From positions 2,356,001-2,420,000 of the forward strand of contig CAKKNE010000004.1 in NCBI GenBank assembly GCA_918797485.1: 64,000 nt of DNA, read 5' to 3'. The notes beneath the pieces are model-generated. The model made no database searches and was not told where the DNA came from. It worked only from the letters and a program-made list of their open reading frames with translations. Shown here piece after piece: positions 60,601 to 64,000 of the stretch (positions within the stretch are counted from its first letter, which is position 1; the number at the start of each line of letters is the position of its first letter). Origin of the DNA: Pelagomonas calceolata. Taxonomy: Eukaryota. A program made the translations under genes and the position numbers.

Positions 60601-63249
60601 TCTATGTTTACGTCGGCGGCGCAGACGCCCTGAGCGATCCAGAGGTCGCTCTCTCCGCTTGCGTTCACGCCACAAGGGATGTTCATTTTGGCCTTGGCCG
60701 CCACGAGAGCGCGGCTGATGGCTTTCAGCACTTTCAGATCTTCGGGCGTGCCGTCGTTGCTAAAGGGTGATCGCCAGCGCCGCTCCAGTAATCGCGCGCG
60801 GTCGTCGGCGTCGTCCTCGTCCCCGATGAACGTCTCCGGCAGGATCTCGATCTCCCGACACGCAGCTTCGAGCTTCGCGAGGTGATCGGGCGTCGCGCCC
60901 TCGTCCAGAATCCCATCTGAGCCGTCGGCCTTCGTCCACAGCAGCGTGCCCTCGATGAACTTGTTCATCAACTCGTGGAGGAACCGCACGTCGCCGCCGG
61001 CGCGGTCGCGTTCGTCCATCAACATGTTGCTGATCACGATGATCGCCTGGCAGAACAACATGTTGCCCGCCTTCTTGATCTTCGCGGCGGCCTTGACCTC
61101 GAGGCAGCGGTGGCCTGCGCGGTATTAGCCCATGAGTGTACTCTCAACACACGCCATCGAGCAGACGCGATGGCGATTTGATTTCGATTTCTGCACAGGC
61201 CTTGCTTGAAGCTCCCTTAATCATCGAGGGTCGTAACAACAGCTGGACTCCGGTCAGCGTGGGGTCGATGACCAGCATACCCTTGCAAAGACCGATTCTA
61301 ATCTGACACGCCGTGACGCGCGTGCCCATCGCCCGCGAAACGAGGTCTGCCAGCCCCTGAGATATGACGCCACAACCGTCGGACCAGCAGTAGCCGGCTC
61401 GCCAGACGTCCGGGATGACACTTATTTGGTGCGGCGCCAGCGTCACCGTAGGGATGGTAGCCGTGAACGCTAACGAAACGCGGTGGCCGAGCTTCGAGTC
61501 CTTGACGCCTGTAAAGTCGCCGAGCGACTGCAGAAAGTTCTCGGCGGAATAGAAGCGGTCCAGCTCGTCGGCTTCAGGGCGCGTCCGGAGGAAATGAATA
61601 GTAGGGCTGATGCCCTTGTCGAAGAGGTAGTAGCAGTCCTCGTCGCAGCACTGAATCGGCGCGAGCTCGCCGCCGCGCTTCGTGAAGTGCTCGACGATCT
61701 CTCCCGCGTCGAATTTGATGCGCGAACTCACAAAGCGGTCTGCGGCCGCCAACTCAAAGTGCGTCGCCCTCGAGTGCCCACGGAACTCGATAGAATTTGG
61801 CACAAGAATGACCGTGCCCGTCTGCATGTCGTGGTCGAGCCGCGCCCGCAGGTTTGGCACCTGCACTCGTGCTTTTGCCGACGTATCTGCACCGCCCGAG
61901 AAGAGCGCGCGCTCGTTGGAAATCCGATGTCGCAGCGCGTCGTCCATTGCCGCTTCCGTAGCTCTCGAGAAGAGACGCAGAGCTTCGTCGGGCGATCTAG
62001 TATCTTTGCGCTCCTCAGCGAGCCGTCCGACGAGCGCCGCCAGAGGATCGCCGAGCGCGACGGCCGTGTGCCAGGACTCGAGCTGACCGCGCCGCCGGCG
62101 GTTCCAATTCTGTGCCACCGTGGTGACGACCTTGGTCGAGAACGCCCTTGCGACGTTTTCGCACGTGACCTGGTCCTTGAGCGGCTCGTTCTTGAGAAGT
62201 GCGGCTTCCAGCGCGAAGCGAATGCAGAACGGGAGTCCTTTCGATTTCGCGAGGCTTCGAAAGTCCTCGAGCAGTGCCGCGACGTTTAACGCGCGTAAAC
62301 CTTCCCTCCGCGGCGGGTCTAGCTTGACCAAGTCGAGCATTTTACAAGCCATGCGTTGGCCCTGGAAGACGGAGAGCTGCGCGCGCCTCTCGTCTAATTC
62401 CTGCTTAGCAGTCGCTCTCGACTCGTTGAGAGCACTCTGATACTCGGGGTTCTTGCTATTTGCGACGCACTCCTCCCATAATTTGCGGCTTGCTATATTC
62501 TGAAGGTTTTCTACTATAGGAGTCGCTTCGTAAGCGGTTGGCGCGGCCGGCGTCGCGATCGCAATCTCCGGCGCGGGCGGAGCGATGCGCCGGGCGCCGC
62601 CCACGCCATAGGGCCGCGAGCCGTACCTCGGGCACCGTCTACAGATAAAGGTGGGCTGCTTTAATGGTATCGGTGCGCCCTGGGCGTACATACCCTCGCC
62701 GAACGTCATGTTGTAGTGAGGCTCGCCGATGCCATTGCTGAACGGCGTCTCGAGGTCAGTCGCCGGCCGCCCGTAGCCGCACCGTTCGCATAGGCAAATG
62801 ACGACCGGCTCCGTCGTCGCGTGCCCGCCGAAGATCGCTCGATATAATCCGTCGTCGCCGGGTACTTCGAGTATTTTCGGTTTCGCGTAGCGCCGAACGT
62901 GAATAGCCGCGTCCTGCTCGTGCGCGTCCTCAGCCGGCGTGGGCTGCGGTTCGACGTCTCGCGCGGCGGCTATGTCCTCCCTAAGGTCCAAACGGCGACG
63001 TAGCGCCGGCTGCGCCGGCTGCGCTGCGGACCGCTGCTGCGGTCGCTGCGGCTCGTCGGCCGTGTTCGCAAACGCTCCTCCGCTTCGCGGTTTTTTCGCT
63101 TCAACGCGCGGCGCTTGCTGCTGCGCTCGCAGCGCCTGCGCGACTGCGGCCGCTGCGTCGAGGTCTAATGCATGATCAACACGACGCGGCTGCGGCGCCT
63201 CGTCGGCAGCAGCCAGCGGTCTGAATTTAGTAGGAGTCCTGCGCGGCAT
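57681..63249 (-). CDS. Cellular RNA-dependent RNA polymerase (RDR/QDE-1 family) with R3H-like, UIM-repeat and SAM tail; exons 63249-61206, 61114-60179, 60094-57681 (1797 aa)
   Basis: KLGHRVSLAFT, WSDGCGVIS, CQIRIGLCKGML, RPSMIK..|..LEV, RSPCCNKGDV, FSYQGERP..DKMAGGDNDGD. Spliced length 5394 nt, in frame. Confidence 0.9.
60095..60178 (-). mobile_element. Introner element forming an 84-nt GT-AG intron in RdRP
   Basis: Perfect 8-bp TSD gcgcagac at 60087-60094 and 60171-60178 flanking ctgtgtggaaatcaa...ttgatttcacacag. Confidence 0.92.
61115..61205 (-). mobile_element. Degenerate introner-derived GC-AG intron in RdRP
   Basis: Starts gcaaggc-ctgtgcagaaatcg, contains the cgccatcg motif, ends cgcag. 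Removal gives RPSMIKGASSHRCLEV, the usual RDR spacing. Confidence 0.75.
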
Positions 63250-63480
63250 TGCTGCACTAATCCATGCCTTCTTGCTGAGTGGTTACAATTTTGCTGCGTT
63301 CGAGCAGTACGACCGTTTAGTCTCAAGGCTGCAAAAGAGTTGTGCGCTCTAGTTGTGCTGCGTTCGAAGTGAAACTCTCACGCTGCAAACGAGTGCTCTC
63401 CGCAAAAAAAGAGGGCTGCTCTTCGGGAATTCTAGTGTGTCTACACAAGCTCCTAATTTACGCACCGTAACAATAAGTAA

Positions 63481-64000
63481 TTAATTACCCCTCACCACGC
63501 TCGCCAGCGCATCATCATCGTCATCAAACCCCTTTGGAAACAACGCCTTCTCCAGCGCCGCGACGTCGGGCACGACGACGTCGAAGTGCCCCGACGCCTC
63601 CAATTTCGACGCGGCATGGCTGCCATAGCTGCAGCCAACGGCCGCTCCGTATCCAGCGGCCCGCGCCGCGGCTCCATCAGTAGGGGCGTCGCCCACGTAT
63701 ATGCATCCCTTCGGCTCGAGCCCCAAATCAGCAGCGACGCGGAGGCAGCCGTCCGGGAACGGCTTCGCGCGTTCGACGGAATCGGCGCCGTGGACCGACC
63801 CGAACGCGCCCCGCGCGTTGTTTACCAAGAGCACGGCCTCGGCGTACGCGACGGCTGCGTTCGTTAAAGCGCCGAGCACCGCGCCGCTGTCCCGCAGCCG
63901 TTCCAGTAGCGGCCTCAAGCCGGGATAGAAGCCCGCCGTCTCCGTCGATACCAACGCAATGTACTCCCGATCGAACTCAGCACCCAATCGCCGCCCGAGG
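63481..64000 (-). CDS. HAD-superfamily hydrolase (phosphoglycolate phosphatase-like), 5' end outside window
   Basis: FYPGL...L, LGALTN, AKPFPD, IYVGDAPTDGAAARAAG. Confidence 0.88.
   Translation of the reverse strand, partial: LGRRLGAEFDREYIALVSTETAGFYPGLRPLLERLRDSGAVLGALTNAAVAYAEAVLLVNNARGAFGSVHGADSVERAKPFPDGCLRVAADLGLEPKGCIYVGDAPTDGAAARAAGYGAAVGCSYGSHAASKLEASGHFDVVVPDVAALEKALFPKGFDDDDDALASVVRGN

Noticed and set aside
57681..63249. Endogenous RNA virus interpretation of the RdRP
   Set aside because: The motifs are of the cellular double-psi-barrel DxDGD type, not the viral GDD palm type, and the gene has spliceosomal introns.
28745..63473. gcaccgtaacaa repeated just downstream of two minus-strand genes (28745, 63462)
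   Set aside because: Only two clear copies; too few to call a polyadenylation signal.
1..64000. CRISPR arrays, tRNA/rRNA genes, autonomous transposases, selenoprotein read-through
   Set aside because: No repeat-spacer array, cloverleaf, rRNA-like tract, DDE/RT ORF or conserved in-frame TGA was recognised by eye.

Overview
Gene-dense, GC-rich, intron-poor eukaryotic DNA. It is most consistent with a pelagophyte alga (Pelagomonas/Aureococcus-like); this is inferred from the introner elements, GC-AG introns, bipartite plastid-targeting N-termini and ciliary genes. About 36 protein-coding genes are present, mostly in divergent/convergent pairs, including UGDH, ZSWIM7, RsmE, UBA3, CARM1, DnaJ, organellar LeuRS, ODC and CFAP299. 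Main highlights: (1) a three-exon RNAi-type RNA-dependent RNA polymerase with a DNDGD catalytic motif and an R3H-like + multi-UIM + SAM tail. (2) A 33-codon piece of RdRP sits in frame in an unrelated PH/GRAM gene 17 kb away, with mostly synonymous divergence. (3) A family of introner elements with terminal inverted repeats (TIRs) and 8-bp target-site duplications (TSDs) creates introns in either orientation. (4) A candidate double-guide box C/D snoRNA with non-canonical boxes lies in the CARM1 intron. (5) A recurrent CTAG-N12-15-CTAG motif occurs in promoter regions. (6) Unusual fusions: RelA/SpoT-like + ankyrin + SH3-like repeats, calpain + CEP19-like, MYCBPAP + pseudo-PGK, and Mrc1/Claspin-like + DEK-C/HMG. 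(7) Two apparent deletion or pseudogene scars. All family calls come from motif recognition by eye; no searches were run.
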